From a virus: a stretch of DNA of 64,000 nt. The notes under the pieces are model-generated. The model had not been told where the DNA came from. It ran no database searches and worked only from the letters and a program-made list of their open reading frames with translations. The position numbers were made by a program, and so were the translations under genes. The DNA is taken from positions 16,793-80,792 of the IMG/VR virus record IMGVR_UViG_3300028883_000044. One strand, 5' to 3'. Each line of letters begins with the position of its first letter. Position 1 is the first letter of the stretch. Shown here one piece after another: positions 49,271 through 59,187 of the stretch.

Positions 49271-50379
49271 ATATTCTCCAAAGTTTCTTCACTATTTAAC
49301 ATGAATGGAAATTCCAAATTGTTTTCTTTATAAATATCTGATATTTTATTTTCACCTACTTTTTCTAAAATACTTTTCCAAGCTACTTTTTTACGATCTG
49401 TATTACCATCTATCATATTTTTTACTTCACTTTTAACAGTAATTGAAGAAATATTATTTAAATTTAATAGATTAATTTCTTGAGGAGTTTTTGTATTTTT
49501 AGATGCTATAAGTAATGCTATCATTACTTCTGGATAAGATAATCCACTTTCATATAATATATTTCCCAAACCTCTTTCATAGCTATTTATAGTAGATTCT
49601 GAATAAGTTACTCTAGCATATTCCTTTTTAGTTTCTTCTAAAGTATCTATTTTTATTAAATCTCCATCTTTAATTGTGAATATAGAATTTTCTTCCAAAC
49701 TATCTACTTTGTATTCTAAATTAATTATGCTGTTATTTCCCATTAAAAATAATTTAGATAAATCTAAAGTAGTAACTAAATCATCTTTTTCTGTATTAAT
49801 CATTAGATAATTTAATTTTTTTCCATCTTTAAATTCTATTGTAATTATTGCTTTGAATAAAGTTGCAGTTTTTCCTCTAGCAAAATATACTTTATTATCT
49901 TTTTTAGAGAAAATTCCAAAAGCAAATTTCCCATCATATATTTCATAAGTTTTCTTTAAAGCCTCTTCCATTGAGAGGTTATTAAGATTATTAGATAAGT
50001 TTTCTGCAAAATCTTCTGAATCAGTTTTTCCAGTAATAGTTGTTCCGTCTTTCTTTGTAAGAGTTCCATTATGAACAAGTATCAAATTATCTTTATCAAA
50101 AGGATGTGCATTTTCATCAGTAATAGTTGTTTTTAAAACGCTTGCTAATCTTGTATGTAATAAAATACTATAAGATTTATAAGTTAAATTTTGTAAAAAA
50201 GGTAAATAACTTTTAGAAGTAGTAGCTTTTTCTTTATCTTTATATAAACTTCCATCAGTTATATTATAAAAACCCCAACCATCTTTATTTTTAACACTAT
50301 TACTAAGCATCTGAAAATTAATTAATGTATTAACTACTGAAGATTTATTTTTACCTGAGATGTAAGTTATTTGGCACAT
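49252..50379 (-). CDS. Class II (Ntn) glutamine amidotransferase
   Basis: N-terminal MCQI, DGWG, HTRLAS, NAHPF, VHNGTL, TDSE. Confidence 0.9.
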   Translation of the reverse strand: MCQITYISGKNKSSVVNTLINFQMLSNSVKNKDGWGFYNITDGSLYKDKEKATTSKSYLPFLQNLTYKSYSILLHTRLASVLKTTITDENAHPFDKDNLILVHNGTLTKKDGTTITGKTDSEDFAENLSNNLNNLSMEEALKKTYEIYDGKFAFGIFSKKDNKVYFARGKTATLFKAIITIEFKDGKKLNYLMINTEKDDLVTTLDLSKLFLMGNNSIINLEYKVDSLEENSIFTIKDGDLIKIDTLEETKKEYARVTYSESTINSYERGLGNILYESGLSYPEVMIALLIASKNTKTPQEINLLNLNNISSITVKSEVKNMIDGNTDRKKVAWKSILEKVGENKISDIYKENNLEFPFMLNSEETLENICKSIS

Positions 50380-51502
50380 TTTCTATACTAAATTCTCCTC
50401 TATTATGTATATCAATATAGTTAGGTTCTTTAACTAAAATACCTTCAGTTAAACTTTTAGGTTCATAATCTCCATTAAAATATCTTGAATCTGGATTTTT
50501 AAGTTGCATATGGGAGATTACATATTCTTTTTCTATAACAGGATATTCTGAATAATCAAACAAATCTAATATTCTAGAAACTAAAGTAGGAAACTTTGTT
50601 TCATACTCATCTAAAATGTATTCTAAAATCTCTCTAGAATTATAAAGAGGATTATAAACAGAGTTTATAGCGGAAAAACCTAAGTTTTTTAGTTCGCTAT
50701 AACTTGTCGATAACATTTTATCTGTAGTTGCTTGACACAAAAGTATTATAGCTCTTATGTCTAAATCATTTAGAGTTTGATTAAAAACTCTATATTCCAA
50801 TGTTCCATATTTATTTAATGAATAAAGATTTAACCAGTGGTATCTTACAGGATGATATTTCGTTCCTGTGAATTTAATATCACCATATCTTTCGAAAAAA
50901 TCATCTAAAGTTTCTGATAATATTAAATCAAATGTATTAAATATCTGAGCTTTCTTACCTGAACGAGTTTTAATAACTGATGGACCATAAAGTGTTAAAG
51001 GTCTACAATAAGTAAAGTCATTATAAATTCCTCTATGATAATCTTGTAAAGAACCTATTCTATAAAATATAGATTCAACTCTAGTAGCCCATCTTATAAT
51101 TGATTTTAAATTCTTTAAATTAATATTCTTTCCAATATTAATATGAATATGAACCGAACTTCTTTTATTATCTATATAAGATTCTACACTAGATAATATT
51201 TTACAAACTTTCTCTAAATTATCTATAAAATGTTTAGAAGTTGGATTACTAGGTTGAGAAATAATTTCTCCACCAAAAGTATTATAAGAAAACTTATCAT
51301 AAATAGGTGAATTAAAATTTAAATTAATATCTGAATAAAAGTTCTTTTGTGAGAAAGAAGTTTTCTTTGTTTCTACACTAGCATCTCTAACTATATTCCA
51401 ATTATTATTTTGAATATCTTGTTTAATTTTATTTGTTAATAAAGTATTTTGAAGTTCTATTTCAACTCCTACAGTATCTATTGCAGGATAATCTAAATTC
51501 AT
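50351..51502 (-). CDS. Putative amidoligase (Amidoligase_2, GCS/GS-like)
   Basis: TVGVEIE, WNIVRDASV, EIISQP, SVHIHI, RYHWLNL...GTLEYRVF. Confidence 0.85.
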   Translation of the reverse strand: MNLDYPAIDTVGVEIELQNTLLTNKIKQDIQNNNWNIVRDASVETKKTSFSQKNFYSDINLNFNSPIYDKFSYNTFGGEIISQPSNPTSKHFIDNLEKVCKILSSVESYIDNKRSSVHIHINIGKNINLKNLKSIIRWATRVESIFYRIGSLQDYHRGIYNDFTYCRPLTLYGPSVIKTRSGKKAQIFNTFDLILSETLDDFFERYGDIKFTGTKYHPVRYHWLNLYSLNKYGTLEYRVFNQTLNDLDIRAIILLCQATTDKMLSTSYSELKNLGFSAINSVYNPLYNSREILEYILDEYETKFPTLVSRILDLFDYSEYPVIEKEYVISHMQLKNPDSRYFNGDYEPKSLTEGILVKEPNYIDIHNRGEFSIENVPNNLHLR

Positions 51503-51505
51503 TTT

Positions 51506-51757
51506 TTATTTACCTTCCGCTAAACGCAATCTTGAATTAAAAGCTTCGGAAACTTCTCCTATACTTTTTGGTATAACATATACCAATTTATTATTATTTG
51601 ATTTGGTTATAATAACTGATGTATAAGAACCATGATAATCTTTTATATTAACCATCTTACCTAATAAAGCAACAGTAACCATAAAATCTAATATTTTATC
51701 AAATGTAATAGAATCTCTAGAAAAAGCATCTGTTAATTCTTTTTTGAAGCATTCCAT
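51506..51757 (-). CDS. Hypothetical protein
   Basis: ORF track. Confidence 0.55.
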   Translation of the reverse strand: MECFKKELTDAFSRDSITFDKILDFMVTVALLGKMVNIKDYHGSYTSVIITKSNNNKLVYVIPKSIGEVSEAFNSRLRLAEGK

Positions 51758-52353
51758 AAAGGACTCTCTCTAATTTCTTCCATATCTTTTGTGGGAAAAA
51801 ATCCCAAACATTGTTTATTAAAAGCATCGAATTCTTTATTAGAAACTCTATCTGCTATTTTTAAATCTTTTTTCCATAAAACATAACTAAAACCTGACCT
51901 ATAATTTAAACCAAAATCTATTTTATCAAATTTTGCAAGCGATAAGAAAATTTTTATATCTTCTTGAAAATCTGCTGTTATATAATATATTACAGAATAA
52001 TTATAAGCTGTTACAATATTTTCTATTAAAGTTATTACTTTAGGTTCTTTCCATGCTCTTACTATACAACCTCCTAAATCAGTTAAAAGACAATTACCAC
52101 AATGACTTTCAAAAGTAGTTAATCTAAAATCTAAATAATTATAACTATAATCATTAATTACTACACTTAAAGAATTATCTTTTATTCCAGTTAATACTCT
52201 TATCCTATTAAAGTTAACTTCTTTTTTTCTTTCTGTTATTAAATTATAAATAAAAATTTTACAATAGTTTTCTAAATAATGTTTTACTTCATCACTTTTA
52301 AGATAATCTTTAAATTTATAGTATCCACCATTCATAATAGAGTTTCTATCCAT
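51733..52353 (-). CDS. Hypothetical protein, possible divergent GNAT fold
   Basis: SHCG...YNYSVIYYIT...FLSLAKF...NYRSG..VLWKK. Confidence 0.45.
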   Translation of the reverse strand: MDRNSIMNGGYYKFKDYLKSDEVKHYLENYCKIFIYNLITERKKEVNFNRIRVLTGIKDNSLSVVINDYSYNYLDFRLTTFESHCGNCLLTDLGGCIVRAWKEPKVITLIENIVTAYNYSVIYYITADFQEDIKIFLSLAKFDKIDFGLNYRSGFSYVLWKKDLKIADRVSNKEFDAFNKQCLGFFPTKDMEEIRESPLWNASKKN

Positions 52354-53165
52354 AAGTTTTTATAAAAATCCTTTCCATATTTTTCTGATATTGTTTCGTT
52401 AAATTGCTCTATATACTTATTCAAATATTTGGATTTATAATTAATACTAATATAAACTTCATCTTTAACTGTCATAACATTTTGTAAATAATTATATAAA
52501 AACATATTACCTTTACTATCTATATAACTTTCTTCGGTTTTTTCTAGTGTAGAACTTCTAGGCAAGTAAAAACATTTAAAATATTTAGAAAGTTTTTCTT
52601 TAATTATAGGATATAAATCTAAAGGAACTATATAAATGAATTGTGTAAACTTTAATGCAGAAATAAGTTTTCCAAAATATATATATAAAAGTTTTAAAAT
52701 TTCACTTCTTTGTTCGGTATTTATTTTACTATTTTTATAGAAATTTGTTTTAAGATAAACTGTTCCACAAACTGTGGGAAAAAGTGATACAACTACTGTA
52801 AATAATTTTTTATCAGTATCTTTAGAAAAAATTGTAATATCAAGTCTAGTATAACTTGAATACCTTTCCCTTGTAAGAGAAGTTTTAATAGGTTCGACAA
52901 TAATATTTTCAATATAGTTTGTTAAATTTTTATCAAAAAGTGCTTTAAAATCAATTTTAAATTGAGATTTTAAATCTCTATTTAGCTGACTTTGTAAAAA
53001 ATTTTCTTTTAAATTGTATTTTTCAAAAACTTTATTAAAATCTTCTATAATATCTTTAATAGAATCATAATCAGATATTTTCCATCTTTTTGTTGTAAAA
53101 TTAAAACTACTCTCATTAATTAAGTATTCAAAATCTTTTTCTAATTTTTTAACTAGATTGTCCAT
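52332..53165 (-). CDS. Hypothetical protein (shares CG motif with 51733-52353)
   Basis: FPTVCGTVYL...KFTQFIYIV. Confidence 0.55.
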   Translation of the reverse strand: MDNLVKKLEKDFEYLINESSFNFTTKRWKISDYDSIKDIIEDFNKVFEKYNLKENFLQSQLNRDLKSQFKIDFKALFDKNLTNYIENIIVEPIKTSLTRERYSSYTRLDITIFSKDTDKKLFTVVVSLFPTVCGTVYLKTNFYKNSKINTEQRSEILKLLYIYFGKLISALKFTQFIYIVPLDLYPIIKEKLSKYFKCFYLPRSSTLEKTEESYIDSKGNMFLYNYLQNVMTVKDEVYISINYKSKYLNKYIEQFNETISEKYGKDFYKNLWIETLL

Positions 53166-53628
53166 AGAAATCTTCCCATAATTTTTTATTTAGAATATAG
53201 TATCTTAATATTTGTGAGCCTCTTACAGTATTACTATAAACAAAAGGTTTAAGTATTTTAAATCCACTATTTATTAAATAATAATCTCTAGTACAAATAC
53301 CAGCATTTACTATATATAGAAGATTATCAATATCATATTTTGTATGAACATTATAAAATAATTTATTAATACCTATTTTAAAATAATTATATTTATCTTC
53401 ATTAGTAATTATATTTGAACTATATTGTTTAACATAAACATTTAAATTTGCTAAAAATAAGGTTTTCCCTAAAAAATCCATAAATTTACTTTTACTAAAT
53501 AAAATATCTAATTCTCTAAACTTTATATATACATCTTTTGTAACAGGTGTATAAGAAGTTGATGCACGAGTTATGGTAAATTCTTCATCACCATATACAC
53601 AGTAAAATTTAAAACTATTTTGTAACAT
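53149..53628 (-). CDS. Hypothetical protein
   Basis: LLYIV...YLINSGFKIL. Confidence 0.55.
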   Translation of the reverse strand: MLQNSFKFYCVYGDEEFTITRASTSYTPVTKDVYIKFRELDILFSKSKFMDFLGKTLFLANLNVYVKQYSSNIITNEDKYNYFKIGINKLFYNVHTKYDIDNLLYIVNAGICTRDYYLINSGFKILKPFVYSNTVRGSQILRYYILNKKLWEDFYGQSS

Positions 53629-53839
53629 TTTCTTCCTCTAATCTTTTAAAAATATATGGATAAGTTATATTATCACATTCTCCATAAAAATTGTATTGAA
53701 TAAAATTTTTATAATTCTCAACCTTTGTTTTAGTATTTAAACCATAAAGTTCTCTAACTTCTTGAGAAATTTCTTTTATAGATTTTTCAACCCTTCTTAC
53801 ATTATTTTTATTGTAAGTTATTGTAGTTAATAATTTCAT
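53615..53839 (-). CDS. Hypothetical protein
   Basis: ORF track. Confidence 0.55.
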   Translation of the reverse strand: MKLLTTITYNKNNVRRVEKSIKEISQEVRELYGLNTKTKVENYKNFIQYNFYGECDNITYPYIFKRLEEENVTK

Positions 53840-54201
53840 TCTAGTATCCTTTCCATTATATCTTCCAGTAGATTTTCTAAAATCATCTCTGGAAAAAAAT
53901 CTTCTTCTTCTTCAATTAAAGGTTTTATAATATCATCTGATTGTAAAGTATACATAAGAGTACGTTCGGATATTTTTTTAACAGATACTGTTTTAAGTAA
54001 ATACCCGTAAGACTCTAGAAAATTTTCTTCTATAGCTTGTTGAAAATCTAATTTAAAAAACTCATTTAAAAAATCTTCAATTAAATATTCTGAAAAATCT
54101 ATCTTTACATAGATAGTAGAATTCCCAATAATAGTAAAATCTTCTTCTATAGAATAAGAGAAGTTAGTATTAATATTTATTGAATCTATAAAAGTATTCA
54201 T
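53836..54201 (-). CDS. Hypothetical acidic protein
   Basis: ORF track; ATGA overlap. Confidence 0.55.
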   Translation of the reverse strand: MNTFIDSININTNFSYSIEEDFTIIGNSTIYVKIDFSEYLIEDFLNEFFKLDFQQAIEENFLESYGYLLKTVSVKKISERTLMYTLQSDDIIKPLIEEEEDFFPEMILENLLEDIMERILE

Positions 54202-54668
54202 TTCATTTCAGTTAAATTTAATAAATATTTTCCTTCCAGTTTATTTTTATTAATAAATCTCTCTAATCTTACTTTATATTCTTCCCCATAATATGATATA
54301 ACATTTCCAAAAAGATTATTATAACCTTGATGATTAAAAACTTCAAATTTAACTGTTCCAGAAACTAGAAAATTAACTCTAGTAGTATTAATAGAATTAA
54401 TTTCTTCATTCTTTTCAGAATCTTTTATTTGAATATTTTTAATACAGCATTCTAAAGATAAATCATTTAATATATTTTCAGTGACTTTCTCACCAAAATC
54501 ATTTAGAAACTTTTTAGAAACTTGCTCTCTTATATAAGTTGGTATTAATGTAGAAAATTTAATTGTAATATTAAATACTAATGAGGTATTTTTTAACAAA
54601 GTATTGTGTCTTATATTGAAAGTATTTTCTGTATAAATTCCGATATTATCTACACTATTAATTAACAT
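54198..54668 (-). CDS. Hypothetical protein
   Basis: ORF track. Confidence 0.55.
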   Translation of the reverse strand: MLINSVDNIGIYTENTFNIRHNTLLKNTSLVFNITIKFSTLIPTYIREQVSKKFLNDFGEKVTENILNDLSLECCIKNIQIKDSEKNEEINSINTTRVNFLVSGTVKFEVFNHQGYNNLFGNVISYYGEEYKVRLERFINKNKLEGKYLLNLTEMK

Positions 54669-55062
54669 AATTTTTCTCCTGTTTATTTAGCAAGGTTATT
54701 GCCGATAACATATTATTTAACATTCTTGAAACTTCTTCTAATACAATAGTTAATATACAATTTTTGCCTTCATTTTCTAATAAAAATGTAAAAGAATAAC
54801 AAAAACTATATTTTAAAAAATCTTCTACTATAAAATCTGAACCATATCTAATAATATCATCACATCTTTGTTTAATAAGTTGCTTATATGAATCTCTAGC
54901 ATTTTCTGTAAATAAATTAAAATCAGGAAAGACCGAAAAGATTTCATTTTTATTTACTTCAACCACTACTACATAATTATTTTTTTTAGGTTCATATATA
55001 GAAACTGAATGATTTAATATATATTTTCTTTTAACTAAATTGGTATCAAAAAACTTTTCCAT
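54658..55062 (-). CDS. Hypothetical protein
   Basis: ORF track. Confidence 0.55.
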   Translation of the reverse strand: MEKFFDTNLVKRKYILNHSVSIYEPKKNNYVVVVEVNKNEIFSVFPDFNLFTENARDSYKQLIKQRCDDIIRYGSDFIVEDFLKYSFCYSFTFLLENEGKNCILTIVLEEVSRMLNNMLSAITLLNKQEKNYVN

Positions 55063-55065
55063 ATT

Positions 55066-55584
55066 TTATCCTTTAAAAGCTAATGAAGTTGATATAACTA
55101 AAGATGTTTTAAAGTATTCTGAATAAGTTTTTAAATCTTTTTTTAGATTATATTCAATACATTTTGGTAAAGAATCAAGTGTATCTACTCCTAAAATTTT
55201 ATCGTATAAAAAACTTCCATATAAAACTCCTCCATTTCTTTTAGGTAAAACTGTACTAACTTCATCTAAACAAGTTATTCCAAAAACATCTTCAGTATAA
55301 TTCTTATTAGTTAATCTATCATAAACTAGAGAATTATATTTATTTAAATCACTTACAACAATAGTTTTAATACCATCTGAAATAATTTTTCTGAGTTTAA
55401 CTGGAAAAAAGTCTAAAAATTTTTCCATAAAAAATATATCAACTTTTGCTGTAAAAAATCCTTTAATATAATAATAATTAGTATAATTTTTACTTTCTAA
55501 ACTACTTCCTAAACTAAAAGGTGGTGTATAAATTACTCCAGAAACATGTAAACAATTTACCTCATAATCTTCATGCAGTTTCAT
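55066..55584 (-). CDS. Hypothetical protein
   Basis: ORF track. Confidence 0.55.
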   Translation of the reverse strand: MKLHEDYEVNCLHVSGVIYTPPFSLGSSLESKNYTNYYYIKGFFTAKVDIFFMEKFLDFFPVKLRKIISDGIKTIVVSDLNKYNSLVYDRLTNKNYTEDVFGITCLDEVSTVLPKRNGGVLYGSFLYDKILGVDTLDSLPKCIEYNLKKDLKTYSEYFKTSLVISTSLAFKG

Positions 55585-55771
55585 CTATACCACTTATTAA
55601 TGAAAGAGTAGCTATCATTCTTTTAATATCTTTTTTAGTGAGATTAGTTATAGTAAAGCTATGCTCAGAATCTCCAGCAAATAATTCATAATCTTCTTTA
55701 TCAGTAGTTTTAATTTCGAGTTTAAATTTTTTCTCAGTAATAAGATTACCAACAATTTTTATGCAATTCAT
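55571..55771 (-). CDS. Hypothetical protein
   Basis: ORF track. Confidence 0.55.
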   Translation of the reverse strand: MNCIKIVGNLITEKKFKLEIKTTDKEDYELFAGDSEHSFTITNLTKKDIKRMIATLSLISGIDETA

Positions 55772-56138
55772 TTTTTCTATCCTTTAATTCTAATAATTTT
55801 TCTAAAAAACCATATTGTATAGGAAACTCAATATATTCACTTTCTAATTCTTGTGTAATAGATACTACAGGAAGAATATCTTTACTAAGTTTTAGTAAAA
55901 GAATTTCGCAATTTCCTATTGCATTAATAAAATAACCAATATCATAATTTTTATTTTCAGAAATAATTTTAGTATAAGATTCTATTACATCTTCAAAAGC
56001 TTCTTTTGGTAAAAAAGCCTGCAAGATTTCTTCAGAATTTCTCTTTATATATAATCTATATAGAGTATCTGAGTTAAAAGAATTTAAATCTTTATCTATG
56101 TATAAAGTTTCTGAATCGTTCGTCAATAATTTTGTCAT
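55746..56138 (-). CDS. Hypothetical protein
   Basis: ORF track. Confidence 0.55.
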   Translation of the reverse strand: MTKLLTNDSETLYIDKDLNSFNSDTLYRLYIKRNSEEILQAFLPKEAFEDVIESYTKIISENKNYDIGYFINAIGNCEILLLKLSKDILPVVSITQELESEYIEFPIQYGFLEKLLELKDRKNELHKNCW

Positions 56139-56312
56139 TTATTTTCTTTTCCTTATTTTCTTTAATTTTTTCTTTACCTATATTAATGATATTCTTTAAT
56201 TTATAAAAAACTTTATTAAGCATTCTTAAAAACTTCCTTTCTTATTAGATATATAAAAAGATATAAAATTAAACCTAGAATAATTACTCCAAACATTTTA
56301 TTCTCCTTTATT

Positions 56313-56615
56313 TTAGTTTAGTTTATATTTAAAATTATGTGGTATCCATATTCTAAAAGTAACTATTAAAACTTTTTCATCAATTTCCTCCAATAGAATA
56401 TTTGAAATTTGCTTTACTTCTATATCAGTAACTTCATAAAGATAATTATAAGATGATTTGAAAAAAATCTCTAAAAACTGATTTATATCATTTTCTGTAA
56501 AATGTCTATTTCCAGTTAAACTAAAATTACTTTTATATGTAACTTCTATATTATTTTCATTGATAAAAGTTTTTAAACATTTTAAACTATCTTCTCGCAA
56601 GAGTATTTCATTCAT
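56313..56615 (-). CDS. Hypothetical protein
   Basis: ORF track. Confidence 0.55.
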   Translation of the reverse strand: MNEILLREDSLKCLKTFINENNIEVTYKSNFSLTGNRHFTENDINQFLEIFFKSSYNYLYEVTDIEVKQISNILLEEIDEKVLIVTFRIWIPHNFKYKLN

Positions 56616-56623
56616 TGTATACT

Positions 56624-57055
56624 TTATTTTAAATCTTTCATTACATATTTTTTGGGAACTTCTATATTAAAATCTCTTCCAATATTATCTACTTTTCTTA
56701 GTAAAAAATCTTCTAATCTAAGTTTTATTTTAAAGATTTCTTTCAAAATTCCTTTCCCATAAAAATAATAATCGTATATTGGAACTTCTGCAATAACTGA
56801 TACTACAAAGTTACTTCTGTTAGTATAACATATTTTTACTTCTTTGACTTTATAAAAATAAGAATTTAATCGAGATTCTAAATAATCTTTTAGGAAAGTT
56901 TTAAACTCATTATTATCAACAATATCTTCAGAAGTTTTCCCTTCAAACATATTATTACAAGTAATTTCTACAGTATTTAATTCAGTTTCTAAACTAATAT
57001 TTTTAATAGTAACTTCGTTAAGTTTAAGTTCAACTATTTCCATTAGTTTCTCCAT
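56624..57055 (-). CDS. Hypothetical protein
   Basis: ORF track. Confidence 0.55.
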   Translation of the reverse strand: MEKLMEIVELKLNEVTIKNISLETELNTVEITCNNMFEGKTSEDIVDNNEFKTFLKDYLESRLNSYFYKVKEVKICYTNRSNFVVSVIAEVPIYDYYFYGKGILKEIFKIKLRLEDFLLRKVDNIGRDFNIEVPKKYVMKDLK

Positions 57056-57494
57056 TAAATATTTTTTTACAAATTTCTAAGTAGTCTTGAACGATTTTTT
57101 CGCAAGTATCTATACGATAAAGATACCTAGAATCTTGGTTATAAATATTACAATCAAAACATAATTTAACATTCATTATACAGTTGCTTTCCATATTTAA
57201 TGTACTAAAAGATACAAGATCAGTTATTAAAACTTTAGGATAATCACATTTATAATCAAAGTTTAAAAATTTTTTTCTTATTTCTTTATATAAAGTTACA
57301 TGAAGTAAGTTAGCTAAGTTCATTCTATCAGTAACATCTGGAAAAGGCTCAACCAAAGTTATTTTAGAAAGAACTGTTAAAAAGTAACTTCTATAAAGTA
57401 AGTCTTTTAAATTTTCTCTTATAAGAGAAGTTGGTACTAAAGTAAATGTATTAAATTTATTATATTCTTTAATGAAATCATTAGGGTATTTCAT
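57030..57494 (-). CDS. Hypothetical protein
   Basis: ORF track; AAAGGA RBS. Confidence 0.55.
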   Translation of the reverse strand: MKYPNDFIKEYNKFNTFTLVPTSLIRENLKDLLYRSYFLTVLSKITLVEPFPDVTDRMNLANLLHVTLYKEIRKKFLNFDYKCDYPKVLITDLVSFSTLNMESNCIMNVKLCFDCNIYNQDSRYLYRIDTCEKIVQDYLEICKKIFNGETNGNS

Positions 57495-57515
57495 TTTTAA
57501 TTTCCTTTCAAAACT

Positions 57516-57677
57516 CTATAGACAATTAGTTAAATAAATAATTACACCAGCAAGTAGATAATAAATAGCGGTAGAAACTAACAGTAACTTAGTATCTCTA
57601 CAAAATCCCGCTAAAAAATAAAAAAAGCTATATATAAAAGTTACTACTACAAAACCTAATGGTAAGATTATTTCCAT
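57516..57677 (-). CDS. Small two-TM membrane protein (53 aa)
   Basis: MEIILPLGFVVVTFIYSFFYFLAGF...; GGAGA RBS. Confidence 0.5.
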   Translation of the reverse strand: MEIILPLGFVVVTFIYSFFYFLAGFCRDTKLLLVSTAIYYLLAGVIIYLTNCL

Positions 57678-57998
57678 TTATTCTCCAAAATAAACTATAT
57701 TAGTATTTTCTTTATCTTTATATATAACATCAAAAAAAATCTCCATGCCAAATAAAATCTTACAAGTATATATTATATTATTTCCTGAATATCTTTTTGT
57801 TTTTTCTAACATCAAACATTCAGTACTATTTTTAAATCTTTGCTGTAATTATTTATTTAAATAAAATGCTAACTCTTTATTCGTTAAACCTCTGGTAGAA
57901 ATAACTTCATAATCTTCTTCTATATGTATAAATATACCATTTATAGATAACTTTTCTTCTAAAATACTTTCATCATTTAATTTTCTAACTTTTATCAA
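57678..57998 (-). pseudogene. Small gene interrupted by one in-frame TAA (57849-57851)
   Basis: AAGGAGA RBS, TTG start, 107-codon frame ending at the next ATG, single internal stop. Confidence 0.55.
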
Positions 57999-58357
57999 AA
58001 TTTTCTCCTTTTAAAGGTTTTTAAATAAAATAAATGATAAAATAGCAATAAATAGTAAAAGTATCATCTGAGAATTTTCCATTATAATTTCCTTTCATAG
58101 ATTTTCGGGGTTAAAACATTATTATAATATTATATAAGTAACTATAGTAATAAATACATAGAATAAACTATTTTTATTATCTATAAAAATCTCCTTTCGT
58201 TATCGATTAAAATAAATTAAATACAAAAAGTTCCCTAGAAAGTATTGTTAAATACAATATAACTAGAGAACTTTATAGTATAAGAATAGTATAGTATAGA
58301 AAGAATATAGTATATAAAGTTTATAATATTCTTTAATAGACACTACCCTTAAGCAAT

Positions 58358-58386
58358 ATTATACCACATAATAAACTTCGAGACAA
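58358..58386 (-). promoter_or_regulatory. Leftward sigma70 promoter for the AT-rich block
   Basis: TTGTCT-17-TATAAT with TG extension. Confidence 0.65.
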
Positions 58387-59007
58387 ACTTTTTTTAATCT
58401 ATACGAAAGTCAATTTTGAAAGAAAATCTGTTACTATCTCCTAAAGAAACTTTATTTAGAACGAAGTTATAAATCAGAAAAAAAAGTTAAGTAAAATCTT
58501 ATGATAAAAAAGATAATCTTTAGTAGTTACTTCGCTAATAGCAAAGATTATTATAGAGATTATCTTTCAAGGGAAAAGTTTTTACTAAAGATTATACAAA
58601 TAAAAATAAAAAAGTTTCAAAGATTATTATATAAAAATAAATATTCTTCTAAAGAAAATATAAAAGATTTATAAAATTCAGTAAAGAAACTTTCGCAGTT
58701 ACTTTGGTAGAAAGATACTTTCTTTAAAAGAAACTTTTTTATGTATAAACTTTCTTATGTAGTGAGGACATAACTTTTATTTGATACTGAGTACGCACAT
58801 GGGGATTACGAACTGAGTACGCACAGCCTCCCCTATAAAGGTATATTAAATGAAGAAATGTACGCACATGCTCAATGAAATTGTTCTAACATATACTAGA
58901 GAAAAACTGAGTACGCACTAGGCTTGTATAGATATATATTAAATGAAGGCTTGTACGCACATGCTTACGGAAATTGTTAGGACAAAAAGTCATTGTACGG
59001 AGGGTGG

Positions 59008-59036
59008 TTGTATTTGTTAGCACTGACGGGTATAAT
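59008..59036 (+). promoter_or_regulatory. Cassette 1 promoter with GT-N4-AC in spacer
   Basis: TTGTAT-tt-GTTAGCAC-7 nt-TATAAT. Confidence 0.75.
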
Positions 59037-59187
59037 TTAATTAATGAAGGCGATAGCTATGTGCACGAATTTCTTGTGCAGATGGCTATTTTATTTATGC
59101 ACTAGGAGGTGCTTATAAGACCATTATTTTCTGTTAGTCCAAATTTTTTATGTCTTACAAAAAATCAATTAGATACAAGGAGTTTAT

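Noticed and set aside
58786-58798. Similarity of CTGAGTACGCAC to the SlmA site GTGAGTACTCAC or to LexA boxes
   Set aside because: Two mismatches break the SlmA palindrome; the geometry does not match GAAC-N4-GTTC; host unknown
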